Below, piece after piece: positions 19,770 to 29,355 of a stretch of DNA of 64,000 nucleotides. How positions within the stretch are numbered: position 1 is the stretch's first letter; the number at the start of each line of letters is the position of its first letter. Source of the DNA: an uncultured virus (IMG/VR IMGVR_UViG_3300034069_001183) (Duplodnaviria; Heunggongvirae; Uroviricota; Caudoviricetes); IMG/VR virus record IMGVR_UViG_3300034069_001183. One strand, given 5' to 3'. The notes under the pieces were generated by a model. The model was not told where the DNA came from and searched no databases. It saw only the letters and a list, made by a program, of their open reading frames with translations. The translations under genes and the position numbers were made by a program.

Positions 19770-21066
19770 GTGGAAGTAGTAACACTAGGAATCAACAGAC
19801 AGAATTCAGAAACCCAGGGGGGGAGAGAACTTAGTAAGAATTAATAAGAAGAGTGATTTTCCTCTAGCAGTTAGATTATTGAGAGGTGGTCAGGTAGTAC
19901 CATTCCCAGACTGTGACTTTACAATGGAGGCACACATAGAAGGTAGCTCTGAAGTATATAGGGCAGAGAGAAAATGTGGTGTTTGTAAGCATTGTAAGCA
20001 GGATGGTGATAGACTGATTATTTTCTTCGACAATCATAACTTCGTAGAGGGAAGACTCTTGATGGAACTTACTATTGAATACCCAGACCCAGATTACTCA
20101 GAGGATGGTATTAGATATGAGCATTTCGTAGAGATCGCACCAATTCAGATAGTAGCGGATAATGGTGATGCACTTGATCTTCGCATACCTGAACCAAGAG
20201 TAGTAGAGCGTGTAGTTGAGGTAGAAAAGCCGGTTGAGAAAATTGTAGAAAAGGTAGTAGAGAAAGTAGTAGATAATACCTATACAGACCTACAGAAGAA
20301 AGCAGCTGAGTGGGTAAGTAGAATGATAGCTGAGTATAAGGAAAGTGATTCAGAAGAGTTGGAGAATATGAAAATGGTATTAAGTGGTATTTTTAAATTC
20401 GTCGATTATGGCAATCTAAATTCAATCGGTATAACTAACCATTCAGAACTATTCAACGGTGTTAGTAGCTCGGATGAAGACTTTAATACTCGATTAGAAC
20501 TCGCCAAGTTCCTAATTAGTGGAATAGGTAGATCGAATACATCAAGTCTTTTCTCTTTACTAAATGCACCAGAACTTAATCTGGAGATCTTCATAGATGT
20601 TAGTAGTGAAGTGTCACTAGATTCATTATTCTATGGTTCTACTTTGAACACTATTACTATTAATGCAGAAGGTACAGATTTCAAAGTAAACAGCGCTAGT
20701 AGTTTGGAGGAGGAGTTAGAGGAGAGTAAGAGATTAAGTATGTTCTTGAATTGTACTGCGAAAAAAGTATCAGTCGTTAGTAGGTCAAAGATGAACGATA
20801 ATTATGGTTGGTATATCCTTCCTAGTATTTTTGGTAGTAACGTAGAGTGCTTTGATTTTAGTGGCGGAGGTGAGACTAAAAATAAGACTTTTGAAATTAG
20901 TAACATCATCGAAAGATTCCTTCCTGATGTAACTGAAGAAAACCATAAGCCTAATCTTATCTTTAGGGACTATACTGGTGAAGTAACTGAGGAATTAAAG
21001 CAGAAAGTGCTGGATAAGGGTTACCCGTCTGTTGAGTTCTACATGAATGATACTAAGGTTTTATAA
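19770..21066 (+). pseudogene. Putative virion protein, paralog of the 16570 N-terminus; frameshifted at a G7 tract (19817-19823)
   Basis: GTG start MEVVTLG joins VRINKKSDFPLAVRL only if the tract is G6; VEK repeats. Confidence 0.6.
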
Positions 21067-21077
21067 TAAAAAATAAT

Positions 21078-21260
21078 ATGAGTAGGGTAGTTAGGAGTGT
21101 AAAGGGTATGAGTATTAAGAGGGGTGGTTCTAGAAATACCACTCCTATGACTTACAAGATTGACAGGCCTAGAGTTGATCAGATTAAGGAGCTAACAAAG
21201 GGTATTAAATCTGGAATGGGTCTTGATAAGTGCTCCTTAGATGTTATGAAGTTAAGTTAA
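21078..21260 (+). CDS. Small basic hypothetical protein
   Basis: ORF with A-rich start region. Confidence 0.55.
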   Translation: MSRVVRSVKGMSIKRGGSRNTTPMTYKIDRPRVDQIKELTKGIKSGMGLDKCSLDVMKLS

Positions 21261-21264
21261 GGAT

Positions 21265-21627
21265 ATGGAATTATTAGAAGGAACAGGTATTGACAAGTTT
21301 AATGTAGGTCAGGGTCTTTCATCAGCAATCATGAATCAACTAAATGATGCAATTAATATGAATGCTCGCGCCCTAAATACCCTACTTAAATCTGACATAA
21401 ACCTGAATGCTGAGGTAGGTGATTATAAGAAGACATTTACATTCAGTGAGGCAATAAATCAAGTACCAGTCTCTAGAAGAATATCAGGTATTAAGTTGAG
21501 ATATATCGATACCCTTACAAAAACTTGGGTAGAATATGTCTTTACTGGTACTGATTCTAGTGAGTGGGAAGATGAAGGTTGTTGGAATTACAGCCTTAGT
21601 AGTATAATTAGTGGAGGAGAGTTTTAA
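21265..21627 (+). CDS. Hypothetical (putative structural) protein
   Basis: ORF in the putative tail module. Confidence 0.55.
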   Translation: MELLEGTGIDKFNVGQGLSSAIMNQLNDAINMNARALNTLLKSDINLNAEVGDYKKTFTFSEAINQVPVSRRISGIKLRYIDTLTKTWVEYVFTGTDSSEWEDEGCWNYSLSSIISGGEF

Positions 21628-22220
21628 TGATCTGGAAAAGCGAAGAAGGTTTTAAGGACTATAGCATCTCTTTATCAAGTCTTAAAAAGTCATTGGGTAT
21701 TGAGAAGGTAGATTATGAGGTTAGGCCAGAACTTGCTCCTTACCTAGTTTATATTATCAAGCACCTTAATAACTTACTAATTGATGCTGGTGAGAGTGCT
21801 GGTATTGTTGATAAGTTGAGGGTGATTTTTGATGAGCATGAGAGAGGTGCTGATATGATAGTAGGCCTTAAGGGAATGAAGCTGGCTAAGAAGATAGGTA
21901 TTGAGACAGATAATACATGGGGGTCTGTTAATGATTTCTTTGTACCATACGAAGAGGATAGGTTTGTCTTCTGTTGGTCTAATGTAATGTCTAGTCTTAT
22001 CACTCGTCTTAGATTACAGTATGCAAGTCTCTTAGTGGAACCTATTACTCAAGGTTGTGGTTGTTGTTGTGGTAAGGGTGAAACACAAAAAGACTGGGAG
22101 AAATATACTAGTGGTGTTTGGCCTGAGGAAGAAGATTACAGCAACTATGATTATGGAACGACTAGTACAATGGGTCTCGGAAAGGATGGCTCGGAGTGTA
22201 CATGTTGTTATAGAAGATAA
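21627..22220 (+). CDS. Hypothetical protein with Cys-rich C-terminus
   Basis: GCGCCCG and CTCC. Confidence 0.6.
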   Translation: MIWKSEEGFKDYSISLSSLKKSLGIEKVDYEVRPELAPYLVYIIKHLNNLLIDAGESAGIVDKLRVIFDEHERGADMIVGLKGMKLAKKIGIETDNTWGSVNDFFVPYEEDRFVFCWSNVMSSLITRLRLQYASLLVEPITQGCGCCCGKGETQKDWEKYTSGVWPEEEDYSNYDYGTTSTMGLGKDGSECTCCYRR

Positions 22221-22236
22221 TTAATTTTGAAGTGGA

Positions 22237-23580
22237 ATGAAAAATATAAAAAAATTCAGAAACCTAGAAGAATTTAGGGAGTATAGAGCTACAGATGGTT
22301 GGGGTTATCCTGCTATTAACTATGTAGGTACTGATGATGGTGGTAAACAGGTTTTCTACAATAACGAGTTTATCATGAGGTGGTATGACGAAGATACACT
22401 CAAGGTACCAGTATTTGCAGGAGATATTAAGTATGATGATTTTAAGACTTGGGTAGAAAATAGTAGTTGGCCTTGTGAGATTAAGAAGGATGGAACTAAT
22501 TTTAACTACCTAAGGAGAGAAGAAACACTTGATGGAAAAGTAAAACTAGTAGACAGAAACAGACTTGATAACGGAACAACTAGTCATTATAGTAGCCCAG
22601 ATAAAGATGATTACTTACAGATGACAGAAATACCTAACATCAACATTGGTCTTTTCTCTGGGGTGGACAATATCAAAGGTTCATACAAGGAGGTTAGATT
22701 TAATTTTGATAAGGGTTGTCCTGTGGGTTTTAGAAAGTGGTTTGGTAAGTCTAAGTTCAACAAAGAACGTGATTGTTATACTAAATTACTTGGTAGGTAT
22801 GATGCAGTTAATACAGAGGCCGGTTTAGTTTGCTCTACCGGAAATCAAGTAGTGTATTCAAAGAAGTGGGTACCTAAGAAATTTAAGGCCGCTAGACAGA
22901 AAACTAATAAGGACTTGCTTGGTATTACATACTGGGAGCAACTTGTACTTAGTTTTATCTTGACTGCCTACTATAAGACATTCAATCATAATAGCATTTT
23001 TCCAACTACCTGTAATATCCAAAACAAGGTAACAGGTGAGTCTGATGCTGAAGAGTCTGGCTTGTCAATCGCATATACTACCTACATGAAAGGTGATGTA
23101 AACGAGGGCAAGATTAGTAGTTTCAGGTTTATGCATCTTGAAAATCCATTCTTTTTCAATAAGAGAGGTGGTATTTTCACATTCGGATACTTAGTTAGCA
23201 AGACAGACGAGGGTGACAAGATATCTATTAAGTTTGATGAGGTACTTGCAAATGATGAATACTTAAAGACAGAAGGTTCAGATGTAGTACTAGATGCAAC
23301 CAAGAGAGAATGGGGAAAAACACCAGGGACTAGATTTATTGGGGAGGTAGACTTATATGGTAACTCTATGAAACCTAGTATCCCTGCTTCATCTACCACT
23401 GGATTTTGCGCGTCGATAATTAATACGCATGGTCCAAATAAGTTAGAATCTGAAAAAGGTCTAATTGTTGGTGGTGTTGGTATGTCGGAGAGTCAGGTAA
23501 GTGCATTATCTAAGGAAGTATCGTATAATGAAACCGACGCAGATTCCAGTGTTGAGCTCAGGTTTAGATTGACGATGTAA
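22237..23580 (+). CDS. Hypothetical protein, possibly tail-fibre/receptor-binding
   Basis: 447-aa ORF at the end of the structural module. Confidence 0.5.
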   Translation: MKNIKKFRNLEEFREYRATDGWGYPAINYVGTDDGGKQVFYNNEFIMRWYDEDTLKVPVFAGDIKYDDFKTWVENSSWPCEIKKDGTNFNYLRREETLDGKVKLVDRNRLDNGTTSHYSSPDKDDYLQMTEIPNINIGLFSGVDNIKGSYKEVRFNFDKGCPVGFRKWFGKSKFNKERDCYTKLLGRYDAVNTEAGLVCSTGNQVVYSKKWVPKKFKAARQKTNKDLLGITYWEQLVLSFILTAYYKTFNHNSIFPTTCNIQNKVTGESDAEESGLSIAYTTYMKGDVNEGKISSFRFMHLENPFFFNKRGGIFTFGYLVSKTDEGDKISIKFDEVLANDEYLKTEGSDVVLDATKREWGKTPGTRFIGEVDLYGNSMKPSIPASSTTGFCASIINTHGPNKLESEKGLIVGGVGMSESQVSALSKEVSYNETDADSSVELRFRLTM

Positions 23581-23661
23581 AAAAAAAATAAGAGAGAATT
23601 GGTTAGGTATATTATTCACCTTTCCTTTTCTCTCTTTCTTGTTTGTCCTAGTTAACTTCTC

Positions 23662-24444
23662 TTAAAGTATATTCTTAAGTTTTTCTATCATACTGTCTAA
23701 GTCATCACCTATTTCAATACTAACTGATTTTTTCCAAGTCTTAAGATAACTCCTAATACCTTTAGATCTACAGAATTTTATGAAAAGCTCTGGATCAAAA
23801 TCAAATAAGTCTTCAACCGTTAACAGGTCTTTTCTATTCTTGAAATCTATTGTGTATGAATATGGATATTTATCACTACTAACAATAAATAAGTCACTAA
23901 GTTTATCATTTACTCGTCTGTAGCTTATCTTAAATATCTCGTTTTGTAGTGTACGAATCCTAGTAATTATTGGCCTTACCTCTGGAATCTTATCTATGTT
24001 TGAGGTTACCCAATTATTTAGCGACATAAAACTAGATAGACTTACAAACTCACTAATAATCACGGGCGGTTTTTTTGACATCTTGCTAAAATCTACCGTA
24101 ATATTTATAGGTACTACTGCTTTACTGTACTTTTCACTTTTTTCCTCTGTGTAGATTGAATTAAGCTTACTACCATTAATGAACCCAATAATAGAAATAC
24201 CATCCAGTGTTTCACAGATAGATGGGTGTTTCTGATAAATTTCATAGAGTGCAGGGTTATTATGTGTTATGTACAGCTCTATTAGTTTTTTCATCTCTAC
24301 CGCAAGCTTGTCATGACTTTCTGTAGCATCCCACTCTGATAGATTATGATACCTTTCCTTTATATAACTGCAAATGATGTATCTATCACGCACGGATAAC
24401 TTTCTCCTCAGTACATCTTCTCTAATGTATTCCTTTTTTAACAT
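23662..24444 (-). CDS. Hypothetical protein
   Basis: ORF. Confidence 0.65.
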   Translation of the reverse strand: MLKKEYIREDVLRRKLSVRDRYIICSYIKERYHNLSEWDATESHDKLAVEMKKLIELYITHNNPALYEIYQKHPSICETLDGISIIGFINGSKLNSIYTEEKSEKYSKAVVPINITVDFSKMSKKPPVIISEFVSLSSFMSLNNWVTSNIDKIPEVRPIITRIRTLQNEIFKISYRRVNDKLSDLFIVSSDKYPYSYTIDFKNRKDLLTVEDLFDFDPELFIKFCRSKGIRSYLKTWKKSVSIEIGDDLDSMIEKLKNIL

Positions 24445-25028
24445 AGCTTATAGAATTTTGGTAGTTCTTTTTTAAGTTTTGTCTTTGTCATATTTTTATC
24501 ACTAAGTACTTGACCTAACATATCTATCTTACTATTTAAACTTTTACATACACTAACATACCGAATGAGTAAGTTTTTTAAAGTATCATAAGCTTCTTTG
24601 TTTGTACTCGCCAAGCTTTCAAAACTATCAATAGAATAACTATCAAAAAGTCTAGGTAATTGATCTTTGAATACTATTGTAAGGTCTCGAATTTCCGGGA
24701 CAACACTCGTATCAAAAGTGCTGACATACCTACCGTTATATTCTTTAAATCTAGGAAGGATATTATAAAATGTAATACCAAAGTTAGGAAGGTATTTCCC
24801 TATAAAAACATCAAAGAATGATCGCCTTATATCATCCTGTTCTAGTATACAGGATGGGTTTACATTTTTCGCCTCCTCAATCAGACCTAACAAACTTTCT
24901 CCTAGCGAACTCTCTACATAGTACTTGACAGTATCTACTATTTCTTTTTTCAACTTAATAATCTCTAAGTAGTCCTTGGACGTAGAAATCCAAGAACTAG
25001 TTATTTTTAATCTTACATTATTTTCCAT
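24438..25028 (-). CDS. Hypothetical protein
   Basis: ORF; promoter motif immediately upstream. Confidence 0.65.
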   Translation of the reverse strand: MENNVRLKITSSWISTSKDYLEIIKLKKEIVDTVKYYVESSLGESLLGLIEEAKNVNPSCILEQDDIRRSFFDVFIGKYLPNFGITFYNILPRFKEYNGRYVSTFDTSVVPEIRDLTIVFKDQLPRLFDSYSIDSFESLASTNKEAYDTLKNLLIRYVSVCKSLNSKIDMLGQVLSDKNMTKTKLKKELPKFYKLC

Positions 25029-25101
25029 CTTACTTATAAGGTATTGACCTGCGCTTAGATCCCCATAGTTCTCTTATAAGTGTATAATTAAATTATCAAT
25101 T

Positions 25102-25725
25102 ATGAATATTAGCAAAATTTTAGATCAAGAGAATGTAGAGAAGAACCACCAACTCTATGCAGCTGGACTTCTCGATGTAGTTAATTTCCTAGAAGCAGAT
25201 CTTTGGGGTCAGCTAGAAGAGGAGAACAGACTTAGAGGTATTGTTAAGACGTACCAGAAAAAAATTAATACTGCATTTAGTAAGATTAATAGCAGTACAA
25301 CAGAGTCTGACATCCTTCTGTTTGGTAAGATCCTCTACTTGCATAAGGGATTACTGAGAAAAGAGTTTAACAGACTAACTACTAAGAGGTTATCTCCAGC
25401 TGATGCATCTATTACTATCATAAGACGCCTACTTAGTATTATACTTGAGGTCGAAGATCTTGAATGTAAGACTGAGGTAGAAAGCATCAAAGAGGTAATA
25501 GATAATCTTTGGGAGTATATTAAGAACAGATCAAAGAACGATTCTCTGTTTAACTTAGCGGATGTTGTGAAGACTAATCTGAATAAGGGAAGTCTTGGAA
25601 AATATGCGCTCGATGAATTTACCCTCAAAGAGCCAGAGTACACAAAAGATCCTATTCAAGATGATGGGGTCCGATTAAATGAAAGTAGTGATGCAGCTAA
25701 CAAACTACTTGAAATAGAAATGTAA
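25102..25725 (+). CDS. Hypothetical protein
   Basis: ORF; promoter motif at 25061-25085. Confidence 0.65.
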   Translation: MNISKILDQENVEKNHQLYAAGLLDVVNFLEADLWGQLEEENRLRGIVKTYQKKINTAFSKINSSTTESDILLFGKILYLHKGLLRKEFNRLTTKRLSPADASITIIRRLLSIILEVEDLECKTEVESIKEVIDNLWEYIKNRSKNDSLFNLADVVKTNLNKGSLGKYALDEFTLKEPEYTKDPIQDDGVRLNESSDAANKLLEIEM

Positions 25726-25730
25726 TAGGA

Positions 25731-25922
25731 ATGGACAGAAAAACAGTAAATACACTGATTGTCGACGATAATGACTTTGAGTGTAAGAAAGATCGCAGTA
25801 AGGTAACATTAGATGATATTAAGATGTCTAATATTGGTTTTATTGCGAGTGATCTAGAAAAGTATCCAGTAATTATCTATAAAGGTAGGCTTGGTAAGAA
25901 AGCGCTAAAATTGGATATCTAG
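25731..25922 (+). CDS. Hypothetical protein
   Basis: ORF. Confidence 0.6.
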   Translation: MDRKTVNTLIVDDNDFECKKDRSKVTLDDIKMSNIGFIASDLEKYPVIIYKGRLGKKALKLDI

Positions 25923-25992
25923 GGGAGTGAAAAAAAAAGTCTAAGGCCGGAGAACTAAATCTCTAACCTTAGGCTTTAATTTTTTTTTTGTT

Positions 25993-27045
25993 CTAACCAA
26001 GTACATAGTTTAGAACAGTTTTTTCTCTACCTAATTTCTCATCATACTCTCTATCTAAGCATACGAGGTTGTCATAGTTGTAAGGGTAGAACATTAGATA
26101 TTCATACTTAAATGAACCTCTATTTCTACTAGACGTTACTTCTACTCCATCCTGCTCATCGAGAATATCAAGTAGTATGTTTTTTGCAATATCGACCGTA
26201 ATACCACACTGCTCATTTTCTTTGAACATTGGGTATGATAGTCTACATGCTAAGAGTGAATCTTGTACGACTATATTTCTAATGTCACTACAAGAACTTT
26301 CTAAGATAGATTCTGAAAGTTTTATGTTTTTCATGAACATAGTTAAAACTTCATTCTTTGGTCTATCTCCATACTCCTCTAGTAAATTTTTATACTGATC
26401 AAGATATTTATCAACCTTAATCATTGCTGACCTTTCTTCCCACTCACCTTCATCTGTAAGTGCTTCAAAAGTAATCAACAAGTAGCCATCTAATTCGGCT
26501 TGTAGTTTAAGGTTTCCCCACATACTGAAATACTTATCTTTCACCTGTTCGTAAAAACCTTCAACTCTTTTTCCTAGTTCTTTATCGAAATGTCCAATGA
26601 TAGTAGATAAGAAATCCCTAATATCTACGCTTCCATTTTTGAACTTAGGACCTCCATCTACATACGCTGATTCAGGTATTGTAAATAAGAAGTCAATATA
26701 ATCAATGCCATCAACCCATGTCTGTCTAATGTGAACGACATTTTCAGAGCCGTTTGCATTGGAGGTGTTTATGCATTCTTCGCCAAAGTCTGCATTTTCA
26801 TATACAACCTCCGTAAAAAGATCTCTTACGAAGTCCTTGGATTCTGCCACGTTCCCTGTTTCGGTACTTGTTATCGTTCCATCAACTTCGTCAATCTTAT
26901 AACCTGCCTCTTCAAGTACTTTCGTGTTTTGTTTTTCACGTTCTTCTAGTACTTGTAATTTCTGTTTAGATCTCTTATAAATCCAAACACCTACTGCGGC
27001 AATGAGTAAAGTACCAATGCCTAATTTAATTACTTTGTTCTCCAT
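25993..27045 (-). CDS. Membrane-anchored acidic hypothetical protein
   Basis: N-terminal TM helix. Confidence 0.65.
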   Translation of the reverse strand: MENKVIKLGIGTLLIAAVGVWIYKRSKQKLQVLEEREKQNTKVLEEAGYKIDEVDGTITSTETGNVAESKDFVRDLFTEVVYENADFGEECINTSNANGSENVVHIRQTWVDGIDYIDFLFTIPESAYVDGGPKFKNGSVDIRDFLSTIIGHFDKELGKRVEGFYEQVKDKYFSMWGNLKLQAELDGYLLITFEALTDEGEWEERSAMIKVDKYLDQYKNLLEEYGDRPKNEVLTMFMKNIKLSESILESSCSDIRNIVVQDSLLACRLSYPMFKENEQCGITVDIAKNILLDILDEQDGVEVTSSRNRGSFKYEYLMFYPYNYDNLVCLDREYDEKLGREKTVLNYVLG

Positions 27046-27084
27046 TGTAATATCGAACTTTAGGTTTTTATTATTAGACTTTTA

Positions 27085-27402
27085 TTACCTCACTCCGTTG
27101 TTAAACTTTGTAAACCCACCACGACGATTACCAGGTCTATTATCCCTGCGATGATCATGGTGACCTCCTCCGTTGTTATTGTGTCTATCTCCCTGACGAT
27201 CACTACCACCAGGTCTTACATTACCCCACTTATAAAGGGTTGTGACTGTGGCAACAATTCCACCAATTGCAAGACCCGCAAAAATAGCTGAACTTGCATA
27301 ATTGTCACTGTATGACTCGAGGACTGTTCTTTTACCGCCCTCTCTCTTACCATTGTTATTACTACCAATGATTCTAGACATCAATTCTAATTTCTTAAAC
27401 AT
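27085..27402 (-). CDS. Small membrane protein with RG/N-rich tail
   Basis: Central TM helix. Confidence 0.6.
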   Translation of the reverse strand: MFKKLELMSRIIGSNNNGKREGGKRTVLESYSDNYASSAIFAGLAIGGIVATVTTLYKWGNVRPGGSDRQGDRHNNNGGGHHDHRRDNRPGNRRGGFTKFNNGVR

Positions 27403-27420
27403 AATTTGTTCTCCTTTGTT

Positions 27421-27651
27421 TTATTTGTTGTTACTGTTTCTTCTCAACTCCTTAAGCTCTCTCTTACTCTTTCCAAGAGACTTATTTGTTAGGTCTGCAC
27501 CAACTGCTGCAAGTGCACCTACTACTAATACTAGGAATCCTGCCTTTACTGCAAAAGATCCCATCTCGCCTAATGTGTCGCTTACTACTACACATCCTCT
27601 TCCGAACTTCTGCTTACGTTCGATTCTCTTTACTAATTTCTCACTCTTCAT
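27421..27651 (-). CDS. Small membrane protein
   Basis: TM helix; promoter motif at 27690-27711. Confidence 0.6.
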   Translation of the reverse strand: MKSEKLVKRIERKQKFGRGCVVVSDTLGEMGSFAVKAGFLVLVVGALAAVGADLTNKSLGKSKRELKELRRNSNNK

Positions 27652-27790
27652 ATAATTAATTTTAATTGTTAATAATTCATGTTTATTTTCTAATTATAAG
27701 GTTTTTAGGGGAATCTAGTTGAGGTGGATAAAAAAAAGAGTGCGACAGTATTTCTGCCACACTCAATTCAATTAATAACTATCTGGAGAA

Positions 27791-27970
27791 CTAATCCTTA
27801 ACTTCAGATTTGGTTTCTTCTACAGTTTCTTTAATCTCTTCAGCTTTCTCTTGATATGCTGATTTAATCTCAGCATACTTTGACTTAACTGCTTCGCAAA
27901 TTTCTTTGCGTTTGATTACTACAGCACTTACTGCTGCACCGAATATAGTTCCAAAAATGAATTTTCCCAT
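27791..27970 (-). CDS. Small YtxH-like membrane-anchored protein (59 aa)
   Basis: Translated by hand: MGKFIFGTIFGAAVSAVVIKRKE... Confidence 0.55.
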   Translation of the reverse strand: MGKFIFGTIFGAAVSAVVIKRKEICEAVKSKYAEIKSAYQEKAEEIKETVEETKSEVKD

Positions 27971-27987
27971 GATTCTTCCTCCAATTT

Positions 27988-28389
27988 TTAGTTAAAATTG
28001 TTAGTGTTATTGTACTTACGGTTGTTATTCCAACCGCCTTTGTACTTACCTTCCCACTTATTATGGTTAGGTTTCTGCTCTTCTGACTGAGCAGCTGTAG
28101 TCTGAGTTTCCTCAGCTACTTCTACAGGAGCTTCCTCCAATACTGGAGTCTCCTTCTTTGCGAACGCATTCTTACATGCATTCAAACCATCGTTACCTAA
28201 GGCAACGATCTTCTCACGAGCCGTCTTAGACCCGATCAATACACCTACAGCAGTACCAACTGCCGCAGCTACAATCTTACCACGATTTCTCTTAAAGAAA
28301 CCTGGCTTTTTCTCTACTTGCTGAGCTACTGTCTCAGCTACGTTCTCTACTACTTTTTCAGCAGCATCTTTTAAATTCTTGTTCTCCAT
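27988..28389 (-). CDS. Membrane-anchored hypothetical protein
   Basis: TM helix IVAAAVGTAVGVLIG; promoter motif at 28456-28476. Confidence 0.65.
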   Translation of the reverse strand: MENKNLKDAAEKVVENVAETVAQQVEKKPGFFKRNRGKIVAAAVGTAVGVLIGSKTAREKIVALGNDGLNACKNAFAKKETPVLEEAPVEVAEETQTTAAQSEEQKPNHNKWEGKYKGGWNNNRKYNNTNNFN

Positions 28390-28553
28390 AACTTTATATT
28401 TATGAATCGTTAATAATTTGTTAAAATATCTCTTATAAATGTTTTATTATTTTCTCATATATAAGGTTTCTAGGACATTTTAGACGTCAAAATCTGTGGA
28501 GCCTATTTTTACCTCAGGCGGGTGTATCTGGGGTGACTTAGAATCCTTATATG

Positions 28554-28640
28554 TGATTAGAATTTCCATTTATATTTAATATGATGTATTTTATTAGATT
28601 GAGACTTGGCCGTGAGGTTAGGTCTCAATTATTTTTTTTT
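28554..28640 (+). ncRNA. Candidate small RNA (anti-TIR segment, GUGA hairpin, U-tract)
   Basis: Promoter GACTTAGAATCCTTATATGTG at 28535-28555; hairpin 28598-28629 with G-U pairs on the + strand; no ORF. Confidence 0.55.
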
Positions 28641-29012
28641 CATCACCCCAAGTTTTTCCGCCTGTTCATATAAATAACCAATCAAGTGCGCCCCAGGTTC
28701 CCCACTAGTACTAATACCTCTAGTGGTTAGTATATTTTCAACTAAGTGATAAAATTCATGAACAAGTACTCCACCTAAGTCTCTATCTTTCGCACTAATA
28801 TTATCCAGTTCAAGGCAGATTAAGTACTTATTATCCACTACACAACCTCTACTAGTAAGGCCGCATGCATTTTTTAGTTGCTCCTTGAATCTTTCCTTTA
28901 GTTGATTATCTTCTGTATACTTCTCTGCTTCCTTGTATATTTCATCAAGTGTCCCCACTAAAATTATGACCCCTGTAAAATACACGTCTATGTCAATACA
29001 ATATCTCTCCAT
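28629..29012 (-). CDS. HExxH zincin-like hypothetical protein
   Basis: LVHEFYHLV...GEPGAHL. Confidence 0.6.
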   Translation of the reverse strand: MERYCIDIDVYFTGVIILVGTLDEIYKEAEKYTEDNQLKERFKEQLKNACGLTSRGCVVDNKYLICLELDNISAKDRDLGGVLVHEFYHLVENILTTRGISTSGEPGAHLIGYLYEQAEKLGVMKKK

Positions 29013-29060
29013 AATAATAAAGAAAGAGAGCATACTATTTCTAATATACTCCCTTGTTTC

Positions 29061-29354
29061 TTAAATGTTACTTTCTAACCACCTACATGTCTCACTATCA
29101 ATATCATGCGACGCCCAGCCACACAGTGAAATATCTACCACTAAGACTGCACACTTCCTGTCTGGATCAAATCCATCTACCATATTTCTAAGATCTGATG
29201 GTGTATGCGAGTCTGTTGATACTACGTATGTGTTTCTGTTGATTTGTCTTATTTTTCTTCCAAACTTCCTACCTAGTTTTTCAGTGACCTCCAAGTATCT
29301 CTGTGCAATATCCTTACTTGGTTTCAGCGAGAAGGTAATTAGAAAAGCTGCCAT
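29061..29354 (-). CDS. Hypothetical protein
   Basis: ORF. Confidence 0.6.
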   Translation of the reverse strand: MAAFLITFSLKPSKDIAQRYLEVTEKLGRKFGRKIRQINRNTYVVSTDSHTPSDLRNMVDGFDPDRKCAVLVVDISLCGWASHDIDSETCRWLESNI

Positions 29355-29355
29355 A

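Noticed and set aside
16570..23580. Diversity-generating retroelement acting on tail genes
   Set aside because: No reverse transcriptase and no template/variable repeat pair differing at adenines were seen in the window.
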